DNA from: Candidatus Latescibacterota bacterium
GTDB lineage: Bacteria > Latescibacterota > UBA2968 > UBA8231
Assembly: GCA_965248265.1 (NCBI GenBank)
Contig: CBDFJF010000001.1
Coordinates: 64,001-128,000 of the forward strand
Direction: 5' to 3'
Length of the DNA: 64,000 bases
The translations under genes were made by a program, and so were the position numbers. Each line of letters opens with the position of its first letter. Within the stretch, counting starts at the first letter, position 1. Positions 1 through 10,887 of the stretch are shown here, in pieces. The notes below the pieces were generated by a model. It was given only the letters and a program-made list of their open reading frames with translations, was not told the DNA's origin and searched no databases.

Positions 1-207
1 TTCGAGTGCCAGGCTGCGCCTTCCGGCGGCTTCGATCTGGGCGGTGGTTTGATCAGCTCCTTCCAGTGTGATATCGGCGATCGCGACGTCGGCGCCCGCC
101 CGCGCTAGAGCCGCGGCGATGCTGCGTCCCAGTCCTCCATTGCCTCCGGTCACTAGCGCGACCTGTCCCTGCAGGTCGAACGGTGACGAAGCCGCTGCTT
201 CAGCCAT
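1..207 (-). CDS. Short-chain dehydrogenase/reductase (N-terminal part; runs off window)
   Basis: Manual translation from ATG at 207: [45 protein letters not shown], carrying the SDR TGxxxGxG motif. Starts 4 bp after the stop of the PKD gene. Confidence 0.9.
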   Translation of the reverse strand, partial: MAEAAASSPFDLQGQVALVTGGNGGLGRSIAAALARAGADVAIADITLEGADQTTAQIEAAGRRSLALE

Positions 208-211
208 TACT

Positions 212-3200
212 CTAACCCCCGCTTTCCTCTTCTGTATCCGAGCCATCCCCAGGAGCCGGGGGCTCCTGAGGATCCTCTACCGTGATGATCACTTCGTCCG
301 GTGTGCTCTCGAGGCTGCCGTCGCTGACAACCAAGACGATGATGAACTCTCCAGTCGCGGAGGCGACGAAACTCGCCATCTCTGCGTCAGCCTGTTGCAG
401 TGCTATGCTCTCCGGGGCCTCCCAGCGATAGCTGACGATCTCGCCCAGAAAGGGATCCTCGCTTCCGGAACCATCCAGCTGCACGGTGTCCCCGAGTGCC
501 ACCGTCTGATCCGGACCGGCATCGGCAATCGGCTGTGCGTTCTGGAGAACGGCGATAATACGGATTCCGTCCGGCGAACTCGACGTACGGCCGTCGCTGA
601 CCACGAGGGAAAACTCATAGCGCCCGGAATCCGGAGCAACGAACGTGGCGGTCCCATCCTCCCCTGCCATGAGCTCGACTTCGCGGCCCGTCGTCTGTTC
701 CCAGAAGTAGATGATCTCGTCTCCGTCGGGATCGACGCTGCCACGGCCATCCAGCAACACCGGGGTTCCAGCGGCGACAACCTGATCCAGTCCAGCGTCG
801 GCGCTGGGTGCAGCCGGTCCCGGCCCCGGCGCCGTCACGGTGATGACGACGACTACGGGATCACTGCGAAAGACGCCATCGCCGACGGTCAGCGTGAACG
901 TGTACACATCCTCCTCGGTTGCCGTGAACTGAGGCTGTGCGATCGTTGGGTCGTCCAGTGCGACTTCGGCGGGAGCAATCCATTCGAACGTCAACTCGTC
1001 ACCGTCGGGGTCGCTGCTGGCGCTGCCGTCCAACTGCACGACGGTGCCGACCTCCACACTCTGACTGCCTGCCACCCTGGCGATCGGCGCTTCATTGAAG
1101 ATCCTGCCCGTGATGGTCACACGGTCGGGTTCACTGTTCGATTCGCCATCGTTGACGACGAGATCGAACACGTAGGTCCCGACCTCATCGACCAGAAATA
1201 TCGGTCGAACCCCGGCTGGATCAGAAAGCGACACCTCGGGACCCGTCGCCTGACTCCACGAATAGGTCAACGGATCTTCCTCTGGATCGCTGCTGTCGCC
1301 GCCATTCAATTGAGCTGAAAACCCGACCTCGATTTCCTGGTCGGACCCCGCCTCCGCCACGGGAGGTAGATTGATTTCCGTCGCGCGCACGATGACGGTG
1401 TCCGGCTCACTCTCGATTTGACCGTCACCGACAGTGAGCGTAAGCGTGAAGATGCCCTCCTCCAGTGCCGTGAACCGCGGCATCGCCGTGTCGGTTCCTG
1501 TCAGGTCGCCGGAGGGCCCAGATTGACTCCACGCGTAATCCAGATCATCGCCGTCGGGATCGCTGCTGGCGCTGCCATCCAGGGCGATGGTTGTCCCGAC
1601 AATGGCTTCGACGTCAGGGCCGGCAACAGCCGTCGGTACGCCGTTGACGACGAAATCGACGATCAGTGTGTCATTGGCCGTGTTCAGCTCTTCGATCGTC
1701 GAGGCCGCCGGCACCAGCATGATGCGCAACTGATGCTCTCCCCTCGTCGTTTGCCAAGGATCGGTGGTGTAGGTCGAGCTGCGCTGCACCCCGAGATCCA
1801 GGGCGTCAAGCTGATAGAGCGGGGAGTCACTCTGATCCAGAAAGACCACTAGACTGAAGCCGTTGGAAGCCAGGCTGCCGGCATTCGACACGGCAATGCG
1901 AAAGGCGACGGCTTCCCCCTCGTGGATCTGTGCGATCACGATACCGTCCTCATCCTCCGCCTGCAGCCCCCGGACCTGCAGGTCGGGGCGGTCACGTTCG
2001 GAGACAGTTACCGAGTGACTGGTCGAGTCGACGATGTCGGGAGTGGCCCCGAAAACCCAGAGTGTGATCTCGTAGACGCCTGGCTCTTCATACGTAAAAT
2101 TGGGAGGCGATTCCTCCTCGACCCGTTCCTCCGTCCCAAATGACCAGAGATAGGTATCGCCGTAGTCAGAACTGTTGGTCAAGGTCACCGTCAACGGCGC
2201 CTTGCCACCTTCAGGCTCGACGTTGAACGCAGCCATTGGGGCGGGACGCGGGACGGTAATGATCACTGAGACGGGCGCACTCTGCGCTGCCACTTCATCG
2301 ATAACGACGAAGACAAAGCGGAACTCGCCGTAGGTATCGGGAGTGAAGGTCGGAGCACTGCTGGTCGAATCCGACAGCAGATCGACCCGCTCGCCTCGCC
2401 AACGGTACTGCAACGCATCGGCATCCGCATCCACTCCCGAACCGCGCAGGCGCCCGTTGCGGCCAACCTCAACCTGCTCGGGCGCCTCGATAACGGAAGC
2501 CTGTGGCGCGGTATTGGGAATGATCGCGATCAAGGTGTCAGGGGTGCTGATGACGCCGGTTTCCGGGTCTTGGACCTGCAGGAGAAAAGCGTAGGTCCCC
2601 CTGCCTACCGTGCGACTGAAAGAGAGTTCACGGCCGTGGACGGTGTGATTGTCAGGGTTCGACGCGACTACAGCGGTGGAAGCGATTCCTGGGCCCTGCA
2701 GCTGCGACCAATGGTAGATGATCTCTCCCTCGGGACGTCCTCTGCTGAGATCCGCTCGCAGCAGCACACTGTCTTGCGTTGCTTGTGAGAACAGGGTATC
2801 TCGGCCGGCCCCGGTCCCGGCGACGGCCGTCAACTCGAATGCATGGAAGGTCACGGCCGCGCTGTTGATCATTCCAGTGCGATCGCGCGCCTCCACTCTG
2901 GCCGAGAAACCACCGACCGAGGTGACGACGACCTCCGTCGTCTTATCCGTCGTCCATTCCACCTCGAAGATTCCATCATCATCCAGATCCCAACGCACCC
3001 ACAGCGAATCTGTCCGGTCATGGATGTCGGTGACGGAAGCCTCCAGGCGAAAAACAGAATCAACCAATCCGACCTGCGGAGTAACTTGGGCGCTGAGAAT
3101 ATCGGGAGCGGTGTCGTCGACGCGCTGCAGGACCATCGTCACTTTGGCCACTTCGTCGGCTGTGATCTGGACGGTCGCATCCCCACGCCAGAGGATCTGG

Positions 3201-3526
3201 GCCGTCGGACCTTCGAGCCCGAGATCGACGTGACGCTCTCCCACGGGGATGCCCAGCACACGAGCCTCGATAACACCCCCATTGACGAACAGCAGGCTGT
3301 CGATCGTCGTCATGCCTTCGCCGGAGATTCGCAGTCTGGCGCCAGTGACGATGATACGGGCAGCTGGGGTGGTAGCACCCTGTGATGCCGGGCGGCTCGG
3401 CGCCACCGAAATCCGCAAGTCCAAGCCACCGGTCGCGCTCGGACCGGCAGAGGTTGAGCCGCCGTCGCAACCAAGCAATGCCGCCATGGCGAACAGCAGA
3501 GCAAACAGGGCTCGTGTGCCGATCAT
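212..3526 (-). CDS. Large surface lipoprotein with tandem PKD/REJ-like Ig repeats and a CARDB-like domain
   Basis: Lipobox LLGC. About six PxAxAGxDQxVxxGxxVxLDGSxSxDPDGDxLxYxW repeats, one classic PKD (YLWSFG...[11 protein letters not shown]) and PDLQV...ELNTAND (CARDB-like). Confidence 0.85.
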   Translation of the reverse strand: MIGTRALFALLFAMAALLGCDGGSTSAGPSATGGLDLRISVAPSRPASQGATTPAARIIVTGARLRISGEGMTTIDSLLFVNGGVIEARVLGIPVGERHVDLGLEGPTAQILWRGDATVQITADEVAKVTMVLQRVDDTAPDILSAQVTPQVGLVDSVFRLEASVTDIHDRTDSLWVRWDLDDDGIFEVEWTTDKTTEVVVTSVGGFSARVEARDRTGMINSAAVTFHAFELTAVAGTGAGRDTLFSQATQDSVLLRADLSRGRPEGEIIYHWSQLQGPGIASTAVVASNPDNHTVHGRELSFSRTVGRGTYAFLLQVQDPETGVISTPDTLIAIIPNTAPQASVIEAPEQVEVGRNGRLRGSGVDADADALQYRWRGERVDLLSDSTSSAPTFTPDTYGEFRFVFVVIDEVAAQSAPVSVIITVPRPAPMAAFNVEPEGGKAPLTVTLTNSSDYGDTYLWSFGTEERVEEESPPNFTYEEPGVYEITLWVFGATPDIVDSTSHSVTVSERDRPDLQVRGLQAEDEDGIVIAQIHEGEAVAFRIAVSNAGSLASNGFSLVVFLDQSDSPLYQLDALDLGVQRSSTYTTDPWQTTRGEHQLRIMLVPAASTIEELNTANDTLIVDFVVNGVPTAVAGPDVEAIVGTTIALDGSASSDPDGDDLDYAWSQSGPSGDLTGTDTAMPRFTALEEGIFTLTLTVGDGQIESEPDTVIVRATEINLPPVAEAGSDQEIEVGFSAQLNGGDSSDPEEDPLTYSWSQATGPEVSLSDPAGVRPIFLVDEVGTYVFDLVVNDGESNSEPDRVTITGRIFNEAPIARVAGSQSVEVGTVVQLDGSASSDPDGDELTFEWIAPAEVALDDPTIAQPQFTATEEDVYTFTLTVGDGVFRSDPVVVVITVTAPGPGPAAPSADAGLDQVVAAGTPVLLDGRGSVDPDGDEIIYFWEQTTGREVELMAGEDGTATFVAPDSGRYEFSLVVSDGRTSSSPDGIRIIAVLQNAQPIADAGPDQTVALGDTVQLDGSGSEDPFLGEIVSYRWEAPESIALQQADAEMASFVASATGEFIIVLVVSDGSLESTPDEVIITVEDPQEPPAPGDGSDTEEESGG

Positions 3527-3542
3527 CGTTGGTCGCCGAGCA

Positions 3543-4526
3543 TCAAGGAACTACAACCTCGATCTCCACCCCACCCGTCGACGGCACCTGGTCTCCATCG
3601 GAGCTGGCCACCGCGATGCTGCCGGCCACACCCAATCCAAGCAGCAGCCACAACCACTTCCTGCTCCGGGACTGCTCTTCGGCAGTCATGGCCAGGAGAG
3701 GGTTGTCGGTCCCCGGCTCTCGTTCATCGAAAAGGAACATGAAATCCTCACTCGACGATGACGAAAACCAGGGCACCTGGTCAGTGGTGGTATTGGTGAC
3801 CAGAGCTCTGGCCGTGCGAAGAACCTCCGGCAACGTGCGCCCGGGAATGGCCATGCTTTTGAGAAGCATCTTCGTGTAAAGGCTGTTGCCCCCAGCAGGC
3901 GCTGCAACGTTGACGACGGTCCCCGGGCTCGTGGAGAATGCCACGAACACGCCATCGGATGATTCAACCCGCGCCAGACCGGTGGCGGAGGACGACAGCT
4001 TCCTGGCCCCCGGGTAGGGCCTGCCGGCTTCCAGAATGACGATGTTGATCCGATTCCCTGCCGTTTCCATCGTCGACACCAGCGCTCCGAGATCCACGGC
4101 CTCGAAAGCGGCCGCTGACTCGCTGTCGATGTTACTGCCGATGGGCACCAGATAGTTCCTGTTTGCGACCTGCACGGCGTAGCCGGCGTAGTAGAACAAC
4201 CCGGCACCGCCGCGCCGGAGGCGCTGGCGAAAATCGCCAATGGCATCCGTGATGCCGCGCTTGTCAGCGTCGAGGCGTTGAATAACCTGAAAACCGGAGG
4301 CCTTGAGAGCACGGTTCATGGCCAGAGCGTCATTCGTTGCGGTCGCGAGTGGGCGTTCGGTGTACACCCCATTGCCGATCACGAGAGCGACTCTTGGTTC
4401 GTCGAGAATCTCCATCGACCCCCCGCTCCTGGCTGACACAAATCCAGCCTGGCACACGGCAATCAGGACAAGGGTGGACGTCCTGGCAAAAGCGCGTCCA
4501 GTCGGGGATGTCGTTGATATCATCAT
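3543..4526 (-). CDS. Caspase-family (peptidase C14) domain protein, catalytic dyad absent, C-terminal TM/Gly-rich anchor
   Basis: RVALVIGNGVY, NDA, LFYYAGYA (canonical FYYAGHG), ILEAGR (canonical ILDACR), QVPW. Signal peptide and KWLWLLLGLGVAG tail. Confidence 0.85.
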   Translation of the reverse strand: MMISTTSPTGRAFARTSTLVLIAVCQAGFVSARSGGSMEILDEPRVALVIGNGVYTERPLATATNDALAMNRALKASGFQVIQRLDADKRGITDAIGDFRQRLRRGGAGLFYYAGYAVQVANRNYLVPIGSNIDSESAAAFEAVDLGALVSTMETAGNRINIVILEAGRPYPGARKLSSSATGLARVESSDGVFVAFSTSPGTVVNVAAPAGGNSLYTKMLLKSMAIPGRTLPEVLRTARALVTNTTTDQVPWFSSSSSEDFMFLFDEREPGTDNPLLAMTAEEQSRSRKWLWLLLGLGVAGSIAVASSDGDQVPSTGGVEIEVVVP

Positions 4527-4671
4527 GCCAGTCTCAACTTAGACCTTTGACCGCAACCGGATAAGGACGCACCCAGACGCAACTATTCCAGCACGGGATT
4601 CAGCAAGCACTGATATCTGGAGTCGGTAACAGAGGAGATTGCGGGGCGCGGAAATCAGGGGCGGCACGCCT

Positions 4672-5490
4672 TCACTTGAGCAGAGTGGCTTTGTACGATT
4701 CGCGCCGCTCTCCCGCCCGCAGGCGGATGACGGAGACCCCGGTCGAAACCTCGCGACCACCGTCGTCCCTTGCGTCCCATTTGGCCCCGTAGCTCCCCGC
4801 TGTCTGGCGACCGGAGACGAGACGGCGCACCGGCCTGCCCAACAGGTCGAAGACGCTCAGATCTACGGGACCTGTCTGGTCGATGCTGTAGTTGATGAGG
4901 GTTTCGGCGTTGAAGGGATTGGGATAATTGGGCCGGAGTTCAAACTGTGCCGGCGACACCTCCTCGATCTCGATCGCCGTCATCACACCGAGCACGATGC
5001 GCGCATCAGTCGTGTACACCGCGCGGTCGGTTGTGCTGGGACCGATACTCAAACTCACCAGGGAGACTTCCGTCTTGCCGGGGAACCCTTCCTCAACAAG
5101 AAAATCGATTTCCATCAGATCAGTCGGCCCCTGGATAGTCGCTCCCAGGATGGAATAGGCGAACTTGACCCCAGACTCTGACACGGACCCGGCGGAAACC
5201 GGGGTGATGGCATCTGCGTACAGACCCACAGCTCTGCTGCTGACTGGCGTCAGGGCAAGAGCGTCGTAGGCGAGATCGACCTCCAGCTGGCTGAAAGGAC
5301 CGGGGTCAGCTAGCAGCGTCAACTGCAGCGTGATGGTTTCACCGACTCTGGCCTCGGGAGTCATCAACACACCCTGCGCCCCCGCATTGAGGTCGAGATC
5401 CAGGGCAATGCCAGGTTCCTGGGCGAGAGTCACCAGCGGACAAACCATCATGCATGAACCGACGATTACGGCTTTGAGTAGTGAACCCAT
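4672..5490 (-). CDS. Secreted protein with cohesin-like domain and C-terminal FlgD-Ig/T9SS-type sorting domain
   Basis: Signal peptide. C-terminal FELRPNYPNPFNAET...VFDLLGRPVRRL...WDARDDGGREVSTGV. Confidence 0.8.
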   Translation of the reverse strand: MGSLLKAVIVGSCMMVCPLVTLAQEPGIALDLDLNAGAQGVLMTPEARVGETITLQLTLLADPGPFSQLEVDLAYDALALTPVSSRAVGLYADAITPVSAGSVSESGVKFAYSILGATIQGPTDLMEIDFLVEEGFPGKTEVSLVSLSIGPSTTDRAVYTTDARIVLGVMTAIEIEEVSPAQFELRPNYPNPFNAETLINYSIDQTGPVDLSVFDLLGRPVRRLVSGRQTAGSYGAKWDARDDGGREVSTGVSVIRLRAGERRESYKATLLK

Positions 5491-5645
5491 TTCTCATTCC
5501 CTTTGTCTATTCAGTATTTCGGCAGGTATACACTGAAAATGTAACCGTTTTGCACCACCTCCGCCCCAGAACAAGATGGTCTACTTGCAACCGGCAAGCC
5601 GCCGTGTGACTGTTCTATGGTGAGAATGACGCCAACGCAGCCCAA

Positions 5646-6446
5646 ATGGGATACTCGGACAGGCTCATGAAGACCGCCATGCACATGATTCGTCATCATA
5701 CGCGCACCATACTGGTAGCGCTGTTGTTGCCTTGCGCTGCGACAGGTGGGGAGGGCAAAATTGGGCCTGATGTCGACTCGCTGTTGCGTCGCTTCGACGA
5801 GATGTATGAATCCTCCGGGACGATGGCACTCGTCGAAATTGAGATCACCCGGCCGGGCAAGACACGAAGCTTGCGCATGCGTTCGTGGAGCAAGGGTGCG
5901 GACAAAGCCCTCATCGTCATCGACGCTCCCTCACGTGATGCCGGCACGGCGACGCTCAAGGTCGAGCGCAACCTGTGGAACTACCTGCCCAAGATATCTC
6001 GCACCATCCGCGTGCCGGCCTCACTGATGATGGGCTCGTGGATGGGCAGCGACCTGACCAACGACGACCTGGTGCGGGAATCGTCGTACGGCGAGGATTA
6101 CGAAGCAGTACTGACCGGCACCAGTGAGGATCCTCCTGGTTGGATCGTCGACCTCAAGGCCCGACCGGATATTCCGGGGTTGTGGGAGCGCGTCGAGGTC
6201 GTGTTCTCTCGCGACCAGTTGGTACCGGTGCGGTCACGATACTTCGATCGCAAGGGACGGCTGGCGCGTACCATGCACCTGGATGAAATCAAGACGATCG
6301 GGGACAAGCTGGTAGCGACCCGTATCATGGTTGAGCCCGAGCGCGAACCCGGGAAGCGCACGGTGCTGCGCTACCTGGAGGTAAATTTCGACGTAGAACT
6401 CGACGAGAACCTGTTCAGCCTGGCGCAACTGGAACGCCGGCGATAA
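5646..6446 (+). CDS. Outer-membrane lipoprotein-sorting (LolA-like) protein; start uncertain
   Basis: P..DAGTATLK...LWNYLPKISRTIRVPASLMMGSWMGSDLTNDDL is typical of the LolA-like family. First gene of an ABC operon. Confidence 0.85.
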   Translation: MGYSDRLMKTAMHMIRHHTRTILVALLLPCAATGGEGKIGPDVDSLLRRFDEMYESSGTMALVEIEITRPGKTRSLRMRSWSKGADKALIVIDAPSRDAGTATLKVERNLWNYLPKISRTIRVPASLMMGSWMGSDLTNDDLVRESSYGEDYEAVLTGTSEDPPGWIVDLKARPDIPGLWERVEVVFSRDQLVPVRSRYFDRKGRLARTMHLDEIKTIGDKLVATRIMVEPEREPGKRTVLRYLEVNFDVELDENLFSLAQLERRR

Positions 6447-6455
6447 GGGAGCGTC

Positions 6456-7694
6456 ATGGAACCGACCTCCTCTACCTGGACGATCGCCTGGCGCAACCTC
6501 GGTCGCAACCGCAAGCGCTCCCTGCTCGCCTGTAGCGCCATCGGGCTGGGCCAATTCGCCTTCCTGTGCACGGCCGCCATCATGCACGGCTATGCCGAGC
6601 AGTACTTCGACTCGATCACCGGACCGATGATCGGCCATGTCCAGATTCATGCACCGCAATGGCGAGAGGACCGTGCCGTCGAACGAACCATCGAAGTTGA
6701 AGCCGCTCTCAACGCGATCCGCTCCGACCCGGCAGTCGAGCGCGCTGCCCCCAGGCTATACGCCCCGGTGCTGGCGGCTCTGGAAGACGAAGGGTTCATG
6801 GCCGTGGTCGTGGGAGCTGACCCCGGTGCAGAGTCCCATCCCAATGGTCTGCTGCCGCGAGCGGAGTTTTCCCGTTTTCTGAGTGAAGGACGCGTCCTCG
6901 TCGGACATGGATTTGCGCGCCGGCACGGAATCCAACCCGGCGCCGAGCTGGCCGTGATCGGCCAGGACATTGACGGTTCGATCGCCAGCGAACTGTATGA
7001 GGTGGCGGGGGTGATCGATTCCCCGGTGGAGCTCGTCAACAGTTCCGGCATCGTCGCCTCGCTGGATGACGTCAGAGCCCTCCTGCGCATGGGCGACGAG
7101 GCTCACGAGATCGTTGTTCATCTTGAGCAGAGCGATCGCGTCGCCGAGGCAGCAACACGACTGGCGGCCCAGCCGTCATTGGCAGCGACCGAGGTCAGTC
7201 CCTGGCACGATGTGGTGCCGCAGATGGCCGGCATCATCGACATGATGAACACCTACACCCTGATCATCCTCCTGATCGTCTTTCTGGCATCGGCCGCCGG
7301 CATCGCCAATACCTTGTTGATGTCTACGTTCGAGCGCCGTCGTGAGCTGGGCATGTTGCTGGCACTGGGGTCACATCCCACCCGTCTCGTCGGCATGGTC
7401 GCAATCGAGGCCGTACTGCTGGGTCTGATCGGGGTGGCGGCCGGCACATGCCTGGGAATCCTGTTTACCGCATTGACGGCCGGTCCAGGCTTCGACCTGG
7501 TCGTTCTAGGAGGGCAAGAGTCGTTCGAAGTCGGCTATCAGGGCGTTCAAGTCTCGTCCCGTGTTTTCCCCGAGCTCAGGGTCCAGGATGTACTCGCCGG
7601 CGTCGCCGCGGTAGTGGTGACCGCCCTTGCCGCCTGCGTCTGGCCGATGCTGCATATCTCCCGCCTGGAGCCGATGGAGGCGATGCGGATATGA
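6456..7694 (+). CDS. ABC transporter permease, LolE/FtsX/MacB family
   Basis: IAWRNLGRNRKRS, periplasmic domain, GIANTLLMSTFERRRELGMLLALG, RLEPMEAMR. Confidence 0.92.
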   Translation: MEPTSSTWTIAWRNLGRNRKRSLLACSAIGLGQFAFLCTAAIMHGYAEQYFDSITGPMIGHVQIHAPQWREDRAVERTIEVEAALNAIRSDPAVERAAPRLYAPVLAALEDEGFMAVVVGADPGAESHPNGLLPRAEFSRFLSEGRVLVGHGFARRHGIQPGAELAVIGQDIDGSIASELYEVAGVIDSPVELVNSSGIVASLDDVRALLRMGDEAHEIVVHLEQSDRVAEAATRLAAQPSLAATEVSPWHDVVPQMAGIIDMMNTYTLIILLIVFLASAAGIANTLLMSTFERRRELGMLLALGSHPTRLVGMVAIEAVLLGLIGVAAGTCLGILFTALTAGPGFDLVVLGGQESFEVGYQGVQVSSRVFPELRVQDVLAGVAAVVVTALAACVWPMLHISRLEPMEAMRI

Positions 7695-8920
7695 CGCTGA
7701 AACTCGCCTTGCGTTCGCTGGGTCGGAGCCGGCGGCGCACCCTGCTTTCGGTACTGGGCGTCGGCGTGGGGTGCGCGATCGCCGTGTTCTCGACGGCCTT
7801 TATGCGCGGTGGCCGCGAGTTGCGGGTGCGGGCTATTTCCGAGAGTGGTTTCGGCCATGTTCGCCTGGCTCCCGCCACGTGGGAGCAGAATCGTGACAAT
7901 GACCTGCGCCTGCCGGAATGGAGCCGATTGCTGGCATCAGTCCGCGCCATCGAGGGCGTCGCCGTTGCGACCCCTCACGCCAGGGCGCAGGGGTTGTTGG
8001 CCTTCGGTACCCGTATTTCGGGAGTCGAGCTGCTCGGCGTCGATCCGCTCATGGAAGGTCGGGTAAATCGGCTGGTACGCGCACTTTCGAAAGGCCGCTA
8101 CTTGCGGCCCTCCGACACCGGATCCGTCGTGGTCGGACGCGCTCTGGTCGAGCGCCTCGACGTGGAACTCGGCGACGATCTGCTGCTCACCCTGTCCCGG
8201 GCCGACGGTGAGCTCGAATACTCCATGCTGCGCATCGTCGGCATCGTCGAAACCGGCAGTCGTGAGATCGATTCCTCGATCTGCCACGTCACGCTGGAGC
8301 AACTGGAACGGCTGACCGGCCTTCGGGGCGCCGCGGAGATTACGGTGGTAGCTGCTGATCCGCTGCGCCTCGACCAGATGGCACAGCAGCTGGCACAATC
8401 GATGCCTGCGAGCGCACAGGTGCTCACCTGGCGGCAAGTGCTGCCGGCCATGGGTGGTGATGCCGCCGCTGACAGGGCCTTCACCAATCTGTTCATCGGC
8501 ATCGTCATCCTCGTCGTCATTCTCGGAGTGACCAGCGCTCAATTGACGGCCGTCCTGGAGCGCCGCCGAGAGTTCGCAGTATTGAACGCTCTGGGCATGA
8601 AAGACATCCACATCGTGTGGCTGGTGTTGCTCGAGGCGGCAGCCATGGGGGCAGTGGGAACGTTGGTCGGACTCGCACTCGCCACTCCCCTCGTCTACCA
8701 CACAGCGACTGAGGGCATCGACTTCTCCGAGCTCATGAGTGGCGACGTCGCCGTAACGGGCGTGTTCTTCGACCCGATCATTTACTCAGATATGGGTCTG
8801 TGGATGCTGCCCTATGCCGGCTTCGTGGGCATGGCATCGGCCCTATGCGCGGCACTCTACCCGGCCTGGCTGGTCATGCGCCAGAATCCGGCCGCAGCCC
8901 TTGGTTACTCGAATGGATAG
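7691..8920 (+). CDS. ABC transporter permease, LolE/FtsX family (second copy)
   Basis: ATGA overlap with the previous stop. LALRSLGRSRRRT, AVLERRREFAVLNALG, ALYPAW. Confidence 0.9.
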   Translation: MTLKLALRSLGRSRRRTLLSVLGVGVGCAIAVFSTAFMRGGRELRVRAISESGFGHVRLAPATWEQNRDNDLRLPEWSRLLASVRAIEGVAVATPHARAQGLLAFGTRISGVELLGVDPLMEGRVNRLVRALSKGRYLRPSDTGSVVVGRALVERLDVELGDDLLLTLSRADGELEYSMLRIVGIVETGSREIDSSICHVTLEQLERLTGLRGAAEITVVAADPLRLDQMAQQLAQSMPASAQVLTWRQVLPAMGGDAAADRAFTNLFIGIVILVVILGVTSAQLTAVLERRREFAVLNALGMKDIHIVWLVLLEAAAMGAVGTLVGLALATPLVYHTATEGIDFSELMSGDVAVTGVFFDPIIYSDMGLWMLPYAGFVGMASALCAALYPAWLVMRQNPAAALGYSNG

Positions 8921-8924
8921 AGGT

Positions 8925-9626
8925 ATGGTCGAGGTACTGGTCGAGACAACCAACCTGGAGAAAGAATTTCGCACGGGTGAGGTACGGGTACAAGCGTTGC
9001 GCGGCGTGGATATGACGATACATGCAGGTGAATTCATGTCCATCGTGGGACCCAGCGGCAGCGGCAAGACCACACTGCTCAACCTGATCGGTGCCCTGGA
9101 CGTGCCGACGGATGGCCGCATCCAGGTGTTCGGACATGATCTTTCTAATTTGAGCCGGCACGCCCGTGCTAACCTGCGGTTGCATTCGTTGGGCTTTGTC
9201 TTCCAGGCCTACAATCTGGTGCCCGTTCTCACAGCGCGAGAGAATGTCGAGTTCGTACTGGAGATACAGGGTATGCCCGCGGGCCAACGCCGCGCCCGCG
9301 CCGAAGAGACACTCAGTGATCTCGATCTGACAGACCTCGCTGAGCGCCGCCCGGGCGAGATGTCGGGGGGTCAGCAGCAGCGTGTGGCGGTGGCACGTGC
9401 GGTGGCAGCGCGCCCCCGGTTGGTATTGGCTGACGAACCAACAGCCAACCTCGACAGTGACAACGCCCATGCCCTGCTTGAGATGATGCGACGGCTCCGC
9501 GACGATCGCGGCATGACCTTCGCGTTCTCAACTCACGATCCACTCGTCATCTCCTACGCCTCTCGCGTACTGACGCTGCGTGACGGCAAGGTCGTCAGTG
9601 ATGAACCAGGCGAAGCAGGCGGTTAG
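8925..9626 (+). CDS. ABC transporter ATP-binding protein (LolD-like)
   Basis: Walker A GPSGSGKT, signature MSGGQQQRVA, Walker B LADEPTANLD, H-loop STHD. Confidence 0.95.
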   Translation: MVEVLVETTNLEKEFRTGEVRVQALRGVDMTIHAGEFMSIVGPSGSGKTTLLNLIGALDVPTDGRIQVFGHDLSNLSRHARANLRLHSLGFVFQAYNLVPVLTARENVEFVLEIQGMPAGQRRARAEETLSDLDLTDLAERRPGEMSGGQQQRVAVARAVAARPRLVLADEPTANLDSDNAHALLEMMRRLRDDRGMTFAFSTHDPLVISYASRVLTLRDGKVVSDEPGEAGG

Positions 9627-10887
9627 TCTCAGGTCCAGTGCGGCCGCCCTCTTCTGCCTGCTTTGTACCCCTGCAGCCGCGGTCGAGATTGGATCCAGTG
9701 GTGATGGCGACCAGGCGTGGACCCTCAACACGGCTCTCAAATGGACCTCACTCATGTCGCGCGCCCCGAGCGATGTTGCCCTGTATCCGGAGCCCTGGAG
9801 CAGCGCCTCCCTCTGGCGCGGCCGCCTCACTCTCGGCACTCAGGCGACCTCGAATGTGTACCTGGAGACCGCTTACGAACACCGCCTCCGCACGGTGTCC
9901 GACGGTGCGGAGGCCAGCGGTGGCAGTGGAATACTGGTTCCAGAGATACGGGCACCCTACAGGATCTGGCAGATCGATGATGCGCTGGTAACCAGCGGCC
10001 AATCGTTGTCCTACCGGCACGGCCTGGACCGCGCCGTGCTCGCAACCCCAATCGGATCCGCAGAGCTCCAGATCGGCCGCCAGGCGCTCGGCTGGGGCCG
10101 CGGCGTCCTGTTCGGCGCCGTCGACATCTTCGCGCCGTTTACACCTCTCGAGAACGACCGCGAATGGCGCCGTGGGGTTGACGCGGTGAGAATCAGCATA
10201 CCGTTGACCGACCTGGTGGCGCTCGAGACCGTAGCTGCTTTCGGTGAGGACATCGACCGATCAGCCTTCGTGGCTCGCCTTTACGGATACATCGGCGACG
10301 TCGACGGCGAACTGCTCCTGGGCCGTCGCCGCCGCGACCTGTTCCTGGGTACTGCCCTATCAGCCTCACTCTTGGACGCAGAGCTGCACGGTGAACTGGC
10401 GATGTTCAACACAGAGGAGGAACTGCGGCACGGCGCTACCTTCGGCCGCGACGACGTAACCCTCAAGGCCGTCGTCGGTGGATCATACGGATGGGATACC
10501 AGCGGAGGCACGATGCTGATCGGGGAGTACCACTTCTCGGGGTTCGGTGTCGACGAGATCGAGGAAGTGACGCTGTTGCTGCTCGATCCGCAATACCGCC
10601 AGCGCGTCTTGCTTGGCGACACTCAGGTACTGGGCCGTCACGCAGCCGCGTTACAATTGTCCCGTGGCCTGGGGAGTGAGTTGCCCTCGACGTTGGGTTG
10701 GATCCTCAGTCCCGCCGATGGCTCGGGCGTGGTGACTGGTGTCACGTCCTGGATTTTCTCCGACAACCTGACCCTTACAGCCAACCTCTATCTGCCTTAC
10801 GGCGCCGAGCCTGAAAACGGCATCCTGAGCAGCGAGTACGGAGGCGTTCCCGCCAGCGGATTGCTCCAGATCAACTTCTACTACTGA
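9601..10887 (+). CDS. Putative outer-membrane beta-barrel protein of the LolA-like/ABC operon
   Basis: Signal peptide, LDRA...IGRQALGWGRG...DIFAPF...GVDAVR pattern, aromatic C-terminus (INFYY). Confidence 0.75.
   Translation: MNQAKQAVSLRSSAAALFCLLCTPAAAVEIGSSGDGDQAWTLNTALKWTSLMSRAPSDVALYPEPWSSASLWRGRLTLGTQATSNVYLETAYEHRLRTVSDGAEASGGSGILVPEIRAPYRIWQIDDALVTSGQSLSYRHGLDRAVLATPIGSAELQIGRQALGWGRGVLFGAVDIFAPFTPLENDREWRRGVDAVRISIPLTDLVALETVAAFGEDIDRSAFVARLYGYIGDVDGELLLGRRRRDLFLGTALSASLLDAELHGELAMFNTEEELRHGATFGRDDVTLKAVVGGSYGWDTSGGTMLIGEYHFSGFGVDEIEEVTLLLLDPQYRQRVLLGDTQVLGRHAAALQLSRGLGSELPSTLGWILSPADGSGVVTGVTSWIFSDNLTLTANLYLPYGAEPENGILSSEYGGVPASGLLQINFYY

Noticed and set aside
68-1318. 416-aa plus-strand ORF
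   Set aside because: Antisense shadow of the PKD lipoprotein; no motifs. Typical of GC-rich DNA.
5586-5601. Possible sigma54 promoter (minus strand, CGGCTTGCCGGTTGCA) for the FlgD-Ig gene
   Set aside because: GG-N10-GC spacing is right, but the -24 element is poor and there is no supporting IHF site or UAS.
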